From Mobula hypostoma (Eukaryota), in the NCBI RefSeq assembly GCF_963921235.1, contig NC_086097.1, forward strand, positions 248,250,001 through 248,314,000: DNA of 64,000 nt. Direction: 5' to 3'. A program made the translations under genes and the position numbers. Shown piece after piece: positions 1-13,007 of the stretch. Under the pieces are notes generated by a model that saw only the letters and a program-made list of their open reading frames with translations, did not search any database and was not told the DNA's origin. Every line of letters starts with the position of its first letter. Positions within the stretch are counted from its first letter, which is position 1.

Positions 1-214
1 CAAACAATTGGTTTATTGATCATTACAGAATGTCTCTCTGGTGCTTCCTGCTCCCTTCCCCATTTTCCAGCCATGATTCTCCCTCTCCCTGACCCCTTCC
101 CACTCTCAGTCCACAATAGAGACCCAGATCAGAATCAGGTTTATCATCACTCACAAATGTCATAAAATTAGTTTTTTTTATAGCAACATTACAGTCCAAG
201 ATATAAAATTACTA

Positions 215-575
215 CAGTACTATGCAAAACTTAGGCATCCTAACTATATTTGGGCACAGGAGTACTTTCAGCCAGAGACTCATTCCTCCAAGATGCAACA
301 CAGAGCGTCATAGGAAGTCATTCCTGCCTGTGGCCATCAAACTTTACAACTCCTCCCTTGGAAGGTCAGACACCCTGAGCCAATAGGCTGGTCCTGGACT
401 TATTTCATAATTTACTGGCATAATTTACATATTACTATTTAACTATTTATGGTTCTATTACTATTTATTATTTATGGTGCAACTGTAACGAAAACCAATT
501 TCCCCTGGGATCAATAAACTATGATTATGACTATGACTATATAGAGTATGGGTCTCAGACTTTTTCACTGGACTG
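215..575. mobile_element. Short Tc1-end-like palindromic MITE split by a Rex1 3' fragment
   Basis: cagtactatgcaaaacttagg (215-) and gactttttcactggactg (-575) are degenerate inverted arms on either side of the 251-540 insert. Confidence 0.4.
251..540 (+). mobile_element. Rex1/Babar-type LINE 3' fragment with (CTATGA)n tail
   Basis: Encodes ...TERHRKSFLPVAIKLYNSS; aataaa followed by ctatga repeats; nearly identical to 15733-16020. Confidence 0.8.
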
Positions 576-703
576 TGTATCTGTTGCCCATTTTGAACTT
601 TTATTTACATTCACTTCAAGTAGGAAATGGATGTTCATTTTACGCTTAGTGATCGACAGGCTGCTGTCTCTATCTTCCAAGTGCCAGTTGTGCCTCTGCC
701 AGT

Positions 704-1295
704 GCGGCACGGTAGGGTAGTGGTTAGCACAACGCTTTATACTTCAACTCCCGTCGCGGCCTGTAAGGAGTTTGTACGCTCTCCCTGTGACCGCGTAGAG
801 TTCTCTTGGTGAACATAGAATATAGAAATCTACGCAGTCACAGGGAGAACGTACTAACTCCTTACAGGCCCTTCGGCCCACAATGTTGTGCCGATCATGT
901 AACCTACTCTGGAAACTGCCTAGAATTTCCCCAGTTCATTGCCCTCTATTTTTCTAAGCTGCATGTCCCTATCTAAGAGGCTCTTAAAAGACCCTTTTGT
1001 ATCACCACCGTCACCGGCAGTGCATTCCGTGCACCCACCACCCTCTGAGTGAAAAATTTACCCCTGACATCCCCTCAGTACTTATTTCCAAACACCTTAA
1101 ATCTATGCCCCCTCGGGTGCTTCAGTTTCCTCCCACAGTCCAAAGATGTACCGGTCGGTAGGTTAATTGGTCATTGTAAACTGTCCTGTGATTAGGCTGG
1201 GATTAAATCGGGGCATTGCTGGGCGGTGCCCAGCTCGAAGGGCCAGAAGGGCCTGTTCTGTGCAGTATCTCAATCAATCAATCAATCAATAAATA
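704..1295 (+). mobile_element. tRNA-derived HE1/V-SINE-like element interrupted by a minus-strand CR1 3' end (about 811-1112)
   Basis: gcggcacggtagggtagtggttagc head; ggagtttgtacgctctccc...gggtgcttcagtttcctcccacagtccaaaga core resumes after the insert. Confidence 0.7.
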
Positions 1296-1485
1296 AAGAA
1301 ACTTTCCCCTTAGGGGAAAAAAAACTGTATTTTTAGCATTTGTGGTAGACAGTTATTTTCTGTCAAATACTGAGAGGGTCGCAGGTATGTGTTACAGGCA
1401 CAGGCCATCATTAACTCTGCTGAGTTTGACAACATAAATACCTTTGAATATACAGGTTTAGTACTGGTTAGAAGTGATGGTCTCT

Positions 1486-1873
1486 CCAAGAGGACCACGA
1501 TCTTGGTGCTTGTGTGCCTCATTGACCCAGAGGGCTATGTTGGCCGCAGTCAGGGCTTTATGCTTTGGTTCTTGCTTGAGTCACCCATGTCAAATAGGTC
1601 AAAGGGTAGCCGCCAGACTGAGAGTGGTCCTCTGGTCCTCCAGGTTCAGGGGTTCAGCTCAGGGCTAACAACCCTGACTGGTAGAGCAAAATTGCTACAG
1701 AAACAGCAGTGAAGAATCCTTCGACATCTGAGTGCGACAGTATTCCTGAGTCTCCACCCAGGACTTGCACGGCTGAGAATCGAGAGGAAGCTACTGACAC
1801 GAAGAAGGAAGCTCTGAACCCTACCAGAGATGGAGGACCTTCATTGCTGCCCCAAGTACCAGTGGATTAATGG
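1486..1873 (+). mobile_element. RTE/Expander-derived non-autonomous element (a second copy at about 20560-20880, minus strand)
   Basis: gacccagagggctatgttgg...cacccatgtcaaataggtcaaagggtag resembles an RTE 5' UTR; 3' end tggaggaccttcattgctgccc resembles an RTE terminus; the reverse complement recurs at 20560-20880. Confidence 0.55.
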
Positions 1874-2568
1874 GAAAAAAAGAAACAACAAGAAATGATG
1901 GTCACTTGGAACTCTGTCAAGTTACAACTGTGCTGTTCAAGCAGCGACCTTCCCCTCCCTCTCTCTAGTACATGGCGATCTGTGTTAAATGGGGTAGACA
2001 CTAAAGTATTCCTTCGGAAGCTTAACAATGGTAGTGTAGCAGTTAGCATAACATTATTACAATGCCAATAATCTGGGTTCAATTCTGCCACCTGTCTGTA
2101 AGGAACTCGTAAGATCTTATGACCATGTGGGATTCTACCGGGTGCTCTGGCTTCGTCCCACAGTCCAAAGTTGTATGGGTTAATAGATTCCACACGCATT
2201 GCAAAGATATATGGGCTTGTTGGGTCAGAGGGGCCTGTTACTATGCTGTATCTGTAAATTTAAAAAAAATCACACTCCACCCCATCCTTGCCCACATCAT
2301 CTCTGACAATATCCAGCTCCCGGTCTGTGTGCCAGAGTGTCTCCGCCAAGCTGGCAATGTAATGATCTCCGATTCTGACCCTGTTCCCTGCTAGTCTCCT
2401 TGCAATTACTTCTTGGCCCTTCTCCAATCCAAGCAGGTCGATAGGACTGACCCCACAATCTCATCCAGTGACATTGGTTTTCCACGTGGGCTTTAAGAAG
2501 ATCTGCAAGTGCTACGCTAACAGCCCCTAAGCGGGAAAATAATTGTGGAAATGTAGATGCTCAAAGTC

Positions 2569-3129
2569 TTTCTTTTAAATCTTTTTATTGAATTAGTACA
2601 CAAAAGGTAAACCATATAGGCACTAATGCACTGTTGTAATATAACATTACAAGAAGTATTAATACAAAAAAAATTAGTACAAACAGTGCAGTTTAAATAT
2701 AAAATAACAAGGTAATATAATAGTATACTGATTTTCATACATATCAATAAGGAAAGGAAAAAAAACCCCAACCCCCCCCCCAAAAAAAACCCACTGTGCA
2801 ACTAATCTAAAAAGCAAACCAAAGCAATGAACTAACTAGGAATCAAGTAGAGTTAAACAACTTTAATATTTTGGCAGATGACTGGGCGCATATTTTACAA
2901 CTAGTCAATACTTCCTCTATTTGTTCTAAACACTCTCTAATTCAATTTAAAGTTGTCCATAGAGCACTTATGTCCAAAGATAAATTAGCTCGTTTTTATT
3001 CTCATATCAATCCTCTTTGTGACAGATGTCATGGGGAGATAGCCTCCTTAACTCATATGTTTTGGTCCTGTCCTACTCTGGAAACTTTTTGGAGAGACAT
3101 TTTTAATATTATTTCAAAGGTATTGAATA
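2569..3129 (-). mobile_element. L1 3' end with inverted 5' segment (twin-priming structure)
   Basis: T-rich tail and tttattg on the left (minus-strand 3' UTR), plus-strand ORF2 C-terminal zinc-knuckle fragment CDRC...THMFWSC at 2871-3130; flanks tagatgctcaaagtc / tagattctcaaagtc. Confidence 0.75.
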
Positions 3130-3369
3130 TAGATTCTCAAAGTCAAAGCAAAGTTATGATCAATGTGCATATATCTCACCATGTCCAACCCTGAGATTCA
3201 TTTCACTGTGGACATTTACAGGAAAATGAAATATAAATATATACATATATATAATATAAACCAAGGCTGACTAACAACAAATGTGCGAAAAAGAAGACAA
3301 GAACTTAAAAAATGTTTGTTTTTGCACAATTTGCGAACAAGTGTTGTAGAGTCCTTGGAAGTGAGTCTG

Positions 3370-3690
3370 TTGATTGCGGAACTAGTTCAGAGTTGAGGTG
3401 AGTGAAGTTATTCACGTCGGCCCAGGAGCCTAATGGTTGTAGGGTAACAACTATTCCTGAACCTGGTAGTATGGAACTTAAGGCTCCAGTAGCTCTCTTC
3501 CTGTAAGAAGAGAGCACGGCCTGGATGGTGGGGGTCCTTGACAATGGATACAGCTTTCCTGTGACAGCGCTCGCTGTAAATGTGCTCAATGGTAGGGAAG
3601 GCTCTGCCTGTGATGGGCAGGACTGTATCCACCACTGTCTGTGGGCCTTTCTCACCCTGGGCATTGGCGTATCCATAATCAGGCTGTGAT
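3370..3690 (-). mobile_element. Rex1/Babar-like LINE 3' fragment
   Basis: Minus ORF ...KAVSIVKDPHHPG...TTRFRNSCYPTTIRLL. Confidence 0.7.
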
Positions 3691-3877
3691 AACACTCCTA
3701 ACTTTTAGAAGCATATTTTCTTATTTTGCATTAAATTAAACCAATTGATTTATTTTCTTTTGCACCTCAGTTGTTTATCAGTCTTTCTTTATGTATACTG
3801 TAGTTCTTTAATAAATTCTATCACGTTTCTTTATTTCTCTGCTAGTACCAGTGCCAATTTATAATTAGTTTTTGATC

Positions 3878-4170
3878 ATTTGTTATGTTCCGTGTCGTAA
3901 GACATAGGTGATCACGGTCTTTCCATGGCCATGATTGTTCCTGGCAACTTTTTTTACTCAAGGTGTTTGCCATTGTCTTCTTCTGGGCAGTGTCTTCACA
4001 AGACGGGTCACCCCAGCCATTACCAATACTCTTCAGAGATTGTCTGCCTGGTGTCAGTGGTCATGTAACCAGGACTTGTGATCTGCACCGGCTGCTCGTA
4101 CGACCATCCACCACCTGCTCCCATGGCTTCACGTGACCCTTCGGTAAAGACCTATCTCCTCACCACCACC
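3878..4170 (-). mobile_element. RTE-tailed SINE-like family (further copies at 28328-28655 minus, 29869-30248 plus, 40975-41350 minus, 57205-58270 minus)
   Basis: Five alignable copies; the sense 3' end gaagaaggcaatggcaaaccacttctgtag...gccaagaacaatcatgg resembles Bov-A/RTE tails. Confidence 0.7.
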
Positions 4171-4481
4171 CACATTGTGAGTTTTGCAGAGCTGCTGAGT
4201 CAAGCAGTACGTGGGCTGAAACTCTACTAAACTGATATTAATATTAATACCTTGAACTACAACAAGGTTTACCCTATCTCATTACATGTAACATTTTGTA
4301 CAGCAACTCTAAATGTTGATCCTGCAGGCAGGGTTTCTTTGCAAGTGTAAATACCTTAAGTATCAAAGGTGGCCTCCAGCAGAAAGGCACCCTGGGCTCT
4401 CTGATCTGCTTACATCTGCTTGCTGTTCACTTCAGCTTCTGTTCAAAAGGAAACTGGCACACTGATGGTTTCTTGCATTGG

Positions 4482-4484
<3 letters not shown>

Positions 4485-4548
<64 letters not shown>
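4485..4548. repeat. (AC)32 microsatellite
   Basis: Perfect dinucleotide run; explains the THTHTH ORFs. Confidence 0.99.
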
Positions 4549-4550
<2 letters not shown>

Positions 4551-5149
4551 CGTTGTCTTGTCATTCCGCTGTTGGGCTGAATGTCTGCTTCAATGTCTCC
4601 TTGCTATATTCTCCTTTCTCACCATATGTGGCAGAATATTCCATTACGTGGCTAATGGGGATGTGTAAATGTGTATATGTTTTTTGTATACTGTATTTAA
4701 GGTCGATACTTCTGTTTATTTTGTAATATGATTGTAACTACATTGTGGGATGCACCATATTCTCATTCATGTGTAGTCTTAAGTTTTATTTATGGGTAAT
4801 TAAAGATGGCATGTCTTAGCGCCAAATAAATGGGCGAGAGAGAGAGAGACTGCCTGCATTTACCCTGTCTATACCCCTCATAACTTCGTATACCTCTTTC
4901 AAATCTTCCCTCATTCTCCTGCACTCCAGAGAATAAAATCCTAACCTATTCAATCTTTCCCTAAATAACTCGGGTCCTCAAGAATGCAGCAATGTCCTTG
5001 TAAAACATGCCAGTAGCACATTTAACCCTCCAGCCAGACATATTTCTATCTTATTTGTTTTATTTTATTTAATGATACAGTGCAGAATAGACCCCTCTGG
5101 CCACCCCAGCAACCCCTGACAAACCCAATTAACCCTAAGTAATAAAGCT

Positions 5150-7460
5150 TAAGGTTTATTAAAGCTTCAATCCACATTTGAGATTGATTAGCAAGAGAAA
5201 ATTATTGGGAGACAGGGCAAACACAGTGGCCTTCATCTGAGAGGCCAGAGTCAGAGTGGTGATCTTGAGGCGTTTACCCTTCGAGGCTTCAGTCAAAGAA
5301 ATCGAAGAAAAGAAAAGCTCTAGGTTAAATTACTTTTTTCCTTGCCTTCTTTATATCTGAGCAAAAGTTATCATGGTAGAGATGCGAGGCAGGATAGTGG
5401 AATGCTCCTCTTGCGGGATGTGGGAAGGCAAGGAGACTTCCAGTGTTCCTAACAAATATAACTGCAAGAAGATGTTGTAGGGATCACTAAATCATGGCTG
5501 AAAGAAGATTATAGCTGGGAGCTTGATGTCCAAGGATTCACACCGTATTGAAAGGACAGGCAGGAAGGCAGAGGGGCGATGTTGCTCAGTTAGTAATAAA
5601 AAATGAAATCAAATCATTAGAAAGAGGTGACATGGGGCTGGAAGGATAGAGCTAAGGAACTGGAAGGGTAAAAAGACTCAGATGGGAATTGTACATAGAC
5701 CCCCAAACAGTAGTAAAGATGTGGTCTACAAATTACAATGGGAGATGGAAAATGCATGTCCAAAGAGCAATGTTACAATAGTTATGGGGACTTCAATATG
5801 CAGGTAGATTGGGAGAATCAGGTTGGTGCTGAACTCCAGGAGGGGGACTCTCCAGAGTGCCGATGAGATGATTTTTTAGAGCAGCTCGTGGTTGAGCCCA
5901 GTAGGAGACCAACTCTTCTGGAATGGGTGTTGTGCAACGATCCTGCATTGATTAAAGAACTTAAGGCAAAATAACCCTTGGGGCAAGTGATCATAATATG
6001 ATTGAATTCACCCTGCAATTTGAGAAGGAGAAGCTGAAGTCAGATGTATTAGTGTTACAGTGGAGTAAAGGGAATTACACGGGCATGAGAGGGTTGGCCA
6101 GAATTGATCGGAAAAGAACACTGGCAGGGATGATGACAGAGCAACAATGGCTGGGATTTCTGGAAGCAATTTGGAAGGAACAGGATATATATATCCCGAA
6201 GAAAGAAGTATTCTAAGGACAAGATGACACAACTGCAGCTAACAGGAGAAGCCAAAGCCAAGATAAAAACCAAAGAAAGAGCATATAATAGAGCAAAAAT
6301 TAATTGGGAAGTTTGAGGATTGGGAAGCTTTTATAAAAACAATAGGAGGCAACTGAAAAGTCATCAAGAAGGTAAAGATGGAATACAAGAGTAAGCCAGC
6401 CAAAAGTTTCTTCAGATACATGAAGTGTATAAGAGAGGCAAGAGTGGATATCAGACTGCTGGAAAATGATGCTGGAGATGGAGTAATATGGGACAAGGAA
6501 ATGGTGGGCAAATTGAATAAGGACTATGTGTCAATCTTCACTGTCGAAAACACTCGTAGTATGGTGGATGTTCCAGGTGTCGGGGGCATGAAATATGTGA
6601 AGTTACCATTATTAGAGAGAAGGTTCTTGGGAAACAGAAAGGTCTGAAGGTAGATAAATCACCTGGGCCAAATAGTATCCACCCCAGATTTCTGAAAGAG
6701 GTGGCTGAAGGGAATATGGAGGCTTTAGTAATGATCTTTCAAGAATGACTAGGTCCTGGAATGGTTCCGGAAGACAGGAAAATTGCAAATTTCAGTCTAC
6801 ACTTCAAGAAAGGAGAGAGGCAGAAGAAAGGGATCAATGGGCCAGTTAGTCTGACCTCTGTATATGGAGGAATTTAAGGTGGGGGGTTATATGGGAGGCA
6901 GGGTTTGAGGGTCAGCACAACATTGTGGGCCAAAGGGCCTGTACAGTGTTGTACTATTCTATGATATGTAATAGTTGGGAGGGTGTTAAAGTTGATTGTT
7001 AAGGATGAGGTCTCAGGATACTTGGAGGCACACGATAAAATAGGCTGTAGTCAGCATGGCATACTCAAGGGAAAATCTTGCCTAAAATATCTGTTGGAGT
7101 TCTTTGAAGAAATACTGTACTTAGATTTTCAGAAGGCCTTTGACAAGGCCACGTGAGAGGCTGCTTGATTGGCTGGCTATGATGACTGGTGTTCCACAGG
7201 CATCTACGTTGGGACCAATTCTTTTTATGTTATATGTCAATGATTTGGATCATGGGATTGATGGCTTTGTTGCAAAGTTTGCAGATAATATGAATATAGG
7301 TGGAGGGGCAGGTAGTTTTGAGGGAGTAGAGAGGCTACAGAAGGACTTAGACAGATTAGAAGAATTGCCAAAGAAGAGGCAGATGGGATACAGTGTTGGG
7401 AAGTGTATGGCCATGCACTTTGTTAAAAGAAATGAGAGGGTTGTCTATTTTCTAAATGGA
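5150..7460 (+). mobile_element. Old, internally deleted CR1 LINE (ORF1 start joined to endonuclease and RT remnants)
   Basis: ORF1 CSSCGMW motif near 5400, APE remnants, RT GVPQ...LFMLYVNDLD...KFAD; many stops and frameshifts; contains a short young CR1 tail at about 6861-6965. Confidence 0.85.
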
Positions 7461-7787
7461 ACGAACAGTCAATGTTTTGGGTGGAAGTGCTCATCAGCAC
7501 CTCTGCTCTCTTCCTTTCCTGTCCTGATCAAGATTCTTGAAACAAAATGTCAACTGTTTATTCCTCTCATAGAAGCTGCCTGACGTGCTGAGTTCCACCA
7601 GCATTTTGTATGTGTTGCATCAGATTTATTATCACTGAGATATGATATGAAAAAATAGCAGTACAGTGCAAGACTCAAAATCCACCAATTATGAAAGTTA
7701 TAAGTAGTGCAAAATGGAATAACGAGGAAGTGTTCTTGGACCATTCGGAAATCTGATATTGGAGGGAAGAAGCTGGTCCTAAAACAT

Positions 7788-8579
7788 AGAACATAGAATA
7801 GTACAGCACAGTACAGGCCTTTCGGCCCACAATGTTGTGCTGACCCTTAAACCCTGCCTCCCATATAACCCTCCACCTTAAATTCCTCCATATACCTGTC
7901 TAGTAGTCTCTTACATTTCATTAGTGTATCTGCCTCCACCACTGACTCAGGCAGTGCATTCCACGCACCAACCACTCTCTGAGTAAAAAACCTTCCTCTA
8001 ATATCCCCTTTGAACTTCCCACCCCTTACCTTAAAGCCATGTCCTCTAGTATTGAGCAGTGGTGCCCTGGGGAAGAGGTGCTGGCTATCCACTCTATCTA
8101 TTCCTCTTAATATCTTATATACCTCTATCATGTCTCCTTTCATCCTCCTTCTCTCCAAAGAGTAAAGCCCTAGCTCCCTTAATCTCTGATCATAATCCAT
8201 ACTCTCTAAACCAGGCGGCATCCTGGTAAATCTCCTCTGTACACTTTCCAATGCTTCCACATCCTTCCTATAGTAAGGCAACCAGAACTGGACACAGTAC
8301 TCCAAGTGTGGCCTAACCAGAGTTTTACAGAGCTGCATCATTACCTCGTGACTCTTAAACTCTATCTCTCAACTTATGAAAGCTAACACCCCATAAGCTT
8401 TCTTAACTACTCTATCTACCTGTGAGGCAACTTTCAGGGATCTGTGGACATGTACCCCCAGATCCCTCTGCTCCTCCACACTACCAAGTATCCTGCCATT
8501 TACTTTGTACTCTGCCTTGGAGTTTGTCCTTCCAAAGTGTACCACCTCACACTTCTCCAGGTTGAACCACATCTGCCAC
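7788..8579 (-). mobile_element. Young 5'-truncated CR1 (ORF2 C-terminus and 3' UTR)
   Basis: RPHLEYCVQFW...FFTQRVV; (TTCTATG)n tail; aaacat duplicated at 7782-7787 and 8580-8585; near-identical to 54150-54996. Confidence 0.92.
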
Positions 8580-9309
8580 AAACATTGAGTGTGTATCTCC
8601 AGGCTCCTGTAATAAAAAGAAATGATAAAAAAACAAAATAATAATAATAAATAAATAAACTATAAATATCGAGAATATGAGTTGAAAAGCGTAAACACAA
8701 AAGATTCTGCAGATGCTGGAAATCCAAAGCAATGGACACAAAGTGCTGGAGGAACTCAGCAGGTCAGGCAGTGTCTATGGAGGGGAATTAAGCAGTCAAC
8801 GTTTCGTCCTGATGAAGGATCGCGGATCAAAATGTTGACATTTTAATGGTGGCATGAATGAGAAACCAACTGCAGAAATGGAAACTAGATGAGACCAGGT
8901 TGGTCTGGAGAGGAAGTGTCTCTGTTTAAAATGGAACACCAGCATGGCAGTTAGTGGAATGCTATTACAGTACTAACGATCAGGGTTCAATTCCCATCAC
9001 TGCCTGAAGGGAGTTTGTACGTTCTCAGCATGACTCTGACAATTTCCTCCGGGTGCTCCGGTTTCCCCCCACATTCCAAAGACATATGGTTTAGGATCAG
9101 TAAACGTGCAACGCGGGCATCCTATGTTGGCACCCGAAGCACGAGGACACTTGTGGGCTGTCCCAACACACCCTCAGACTGAGCTGGTCATTGACGTAAA
9201 ATAATGCATTTCACTGTTTGCTTTGCTGCCCCTGTGACATATAAAGCTAATCTAACTTGAGAATGTCAGTGAGAGGGCTGACGTTCTTTTTAATTACCAA
9301 AAAGTGATG

Positions 9310-9765
9310 AACAATACACACAAAATGTCGGAGGAGCATCTGGTCGGGCAGCATCTGTGGAGTGGAATAAACAGTCGATGTTTTGGGCTGAGACCCCTTC
9401 AGGACTGGAAAGGAAAGTGAGTGGGAGGGAGATGCCAGAATAAGAGGGTGGGGGCAGGGGAAGGAGAGCAAGCTAGAAGGTGATAGGTGGAGCCAGGTGG
9501 GTGGGGGAGGGTGATGAGGAAGGAAGTGGAAATGACAAAGGGCTGGAGAGGGACGAATCTGATAGGACAGGAGACTGCACCATGGGAGAAAGGGAAGGAG
9601 GAAGGACACAAGAGGGAGGTTATGGGGAGGTGAGGAGAAGAGAACAGGTAAAGGGGGGGAGGCAGAGTGGGGTGGGGAATAGAATTGGAGGGGATGGGGA
9701 GGAGAAATTGTTGTCATCATGTTGAAGGTTACCTACACAGAATATGAAGTGTTGCTTCTCCAAAA
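9310..9765 (-). mobile_element. Penelope-like element 3'/pLTR fragment with degenerate hammerhead motif
   Basis: Minus strand reads ccagtcctgaaggggtctcagcccaaaacatcgactg; homologous to 46872-47400. Confidence 0.65.
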
Positions 9766-10241
9766 CAATGCAGTTGGTTTTTGATGGGATTTAAACTTAG
9801 TGGAATGAATATTAACATCAAGACATTCCCTGCTGGGTGAGAAACTGCTTTCATGAAATATAATGGAAGTTTAATAGGTTCACACTTCTGCCTAATTATA
9901 AACTAACTTCTCATTTTCACACCTCCAAACTACTGTAGTGAGCACTGTTTCTAGAAGGTCAATGTTAAACCAACCCTTTGGGGAATTAGAAGTTTCTGGA
10001 AGGAGAGAACATGTTGTGATCAGATCAGGATAGGTCACAGCAGGTTGAAGGATTATTGCTGAATGTAGTCAGGAGGAAGAGAGAGAATATCTTTCCTAGC
10101 GATGGGAGAGTCTGTTGCATGGGGCTTCAGCACCAGGATATCACAACCCCTTATTTTGATACAGCTTACACCACAGGAGCAGTTTTAGGCCATTCAGACC
10201 ATTGTGCCTGCTACGCCATTGGATTAATGCCTGATTTAGAC

Positions 10242-12050
10242 CATAAGACATAGCAGAATTAGGCCATTTGGCCCATTGAGTCTGATCCACCATTTAATCA
10301 TGGCTGATCCTCTTCTTTCGCGCTCCTCAGCCCCACTCCCCGGCCTTCTCCCCGCAAACCTTGAAGCCGTGTCCAATCAAGAACCTATTAATCTCCGACT
10401 TAAATACAGAAAGCAACCTGGCCTGCACAGCTGCCTCTGGTAATAAATTCCACAAATTCACCACCCTCTGGCCAAAGAAATTCCTCTGCATCTCTGTTTT
10501 AAATGGATGCCCCCCTATCCTGTAGCTGTGCCCTCTTGTCCTAGACTCCCCCACCGTGGGAAACATCCTTTCCAGATCTACTGTGTCTAGGCCTTTCAAC
10601 ATTTGAAAGAGTTCAATGAGCTTCCCCCTCATTCTTCTAAATTCCAGCAAGTACAGACCCAGAGCCATCAAATGTTCCTCGTATGATAACTATTTCATTT
10701 CTGGAATCACCCTTGTGAACCTCCTCTCAACCCTCTCCAATGCCAGCTCATCTTTTTTTAGTTAAGGAGGCCAAAACTATTCACAATACTCAAGGTGAGG
10801 CCTCACCAGTGCCTTATAAAGCCTCAGCATCACATCCCTGCTCTTGCATTCAAGAACTCTTGAAATGAATGCTAGCATTGTTTTTGCCTTCCTCACCACT
10901 GATACAACCTGCAAGTTAACCTTTAGGATGTTCTTCTCAAGGATTTCCAAGTCCCTTTGAATCTCAGATTTTTGGATTTTCTCCCTATTTAGAAAATAAT
11001 CTGTGCATTTATTTCCTCTACCAAAGTGCATGACCATGCATTTTCCAACACTGTATTTCATTTGCCACTTTCTTGCCCATTCTCCTCATCTGTCTAAGTC
11101 CTTCTGCAACCTTCCTGTTTCCTCAACACCTCCTGCCTCTCCTCCAATCTTTGTATCATTTGCAAACTTGGAAGCAAAGCCATCTACTCCATCATCTAAA
11201 TCATTGATATACAGCATAAAAAGAAACGGTCCCAAAACTGAACCCAGCAGAACATCACTAGTCACTGTCAGCCAACCAGAAAAGGATCCTTTCATTCCCA
11301 CAGACTGCCTCCTACTAATCAGCCAATGCGCTAACCATGTTAGTAACTTTCCTGTAATACCACGGGCTTTTAACTTGCTAAGCAGTCTCACTTGTGCCAC
11401 CTTGTCAAAAGGCCTTCTGTAATTCTACTGCATCCTTTTGATCTCCTCAAATAATTCCAACAGGTTCATCAGGCAAAATTTTCCCTTAAGGAAACCATGC
11501 TGACATTTTCCTATCCTGTCCTGTGTCACCAAATACTCCATAACCTCATCCTTAACAATTGACTCTAACATCTTCTAAACCACTGAGGTCAGGCTAACTG
11601 GTCGATAATTTCCTTTCTGCTGCCTTTCTCCTTTCTTAAAGAATGGAGTGACATTTGCAATTTTCCAGTCCTCTGGAACCATGCCAGAGTCCAATGATTT
11701 TTGAAAGATCATTACAAATGCCTCCACAATCTCTACCACTACCTCTTTCAAAATCCTAGGGTGCAGTTCATCTGGTCTGGGTGACGCATGCACCTTTAGA
11801 TCTTTCAGCTATTTGAGCACCTTCCCCTTGTAACTGCACTCACTTCTCTTCCCTCACAACCTTCAACACCTGGCACACTGCTAGTGTCTTCCACAGTGAA
11901 GACTGATGCAAATACTCATTTAGTTCATCTGCCGTCTCCTTGTCCTCCGTTATTATTTCTCCAGCCTCGTTTTCTAGTGGTCCTATATCCACTCTCATCT
12001 CTCTTTTATTTTTTTACGTACTTGTAAAGGTTTTTCTATCCACTTTGACC
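10242..12050 (-). mobile_element. CR1 LINE, 5'-truncated and decayed
   Basis: Minus ORFs GPDELHPR-like, KGNYRPVSLTSVV, YINDLD...KFAND, RPHLEYC. Confidence 0.9.
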
Positions 12051-13007
12051 TACCGTCACTCACTAGGTATATTAATTAGTAGTGCAAAAAGAGAAAAAGA
12101 AAAGAAAAAAGTAGTAAGGTAATGTTCATGGATTCAATGTTCATTTACAATCCAATTGCGTTGGGGAGGAATCCGTTTGTAAAACGTTGAGTGTGTGTCT
12201 TTAGGCCGCTGTACCCTATCTATGAAGGTAACAATGAGAAGAGGGCCCGTCCTGGGTGAGGGGCATCCTCAATGATGGAAGATGCCTTTTTAAGACAAAT
12301 AAGAGAAAATCTGCAGATGCTGGAAATCTAAGCAACAGATGTGTTGCCTTTTGAAGGCACTGCTTGACATAATGAGTTGCTCCAGGTTTGCAGCATTCAC
12401 AGAATCTCTTGTGTCTAAAATAAATCTTACTCTGATTCTGAAAGAATATTGTGATGGAGTGCACTTGCTCACTCTTTGTGACAGGATTATAGGTCAGTGG
12501 ACAGTTTCCTCAGATTCACATTCAGGTGTATTTATCACATGTACTTGGAAACAGTGAAAAACACCATTTGTGTTAACAACCAACACGCCCATGGATGTGT
12601 TGGGAGCAGTTTGCAAGTGTGGTCACACGTTCCAGTGGTGACATGCTCAGCAGAACAACACAGAACACAGCAAAACAGAACATACCAAGCAACAGCACTG
12701 AAACAATCCCAGTCCCTCCCACCACCCACGCAGATAATCAGTCCTCGAAAATCGGGGGACAGTCTTTGGCTCCAGCCTCCAGCAGGCCCAAGGATTCACA
12801 GACACTGGGCCTTTGACTTCCCCAGCGACTTCGTTAAGATCACATACTCAGGGCATCGATCATTGGGCCTCACTGCTGGACTTCCGATTGACCTTTGGCC
12901 TTCAATCTGGACTTCCGATTGACCTTTGACCCAGGACTCATCATTGATGATGAAAGAGAACCCTGGACTCTTTTTGCACTGTTAATTAACCTATAAAGTG
13001 TATACTG

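Noticed and set aside
4420..4726. His/Thr-rich ORFs
   Set aside because: Translation of an (AC)n microsatellite.
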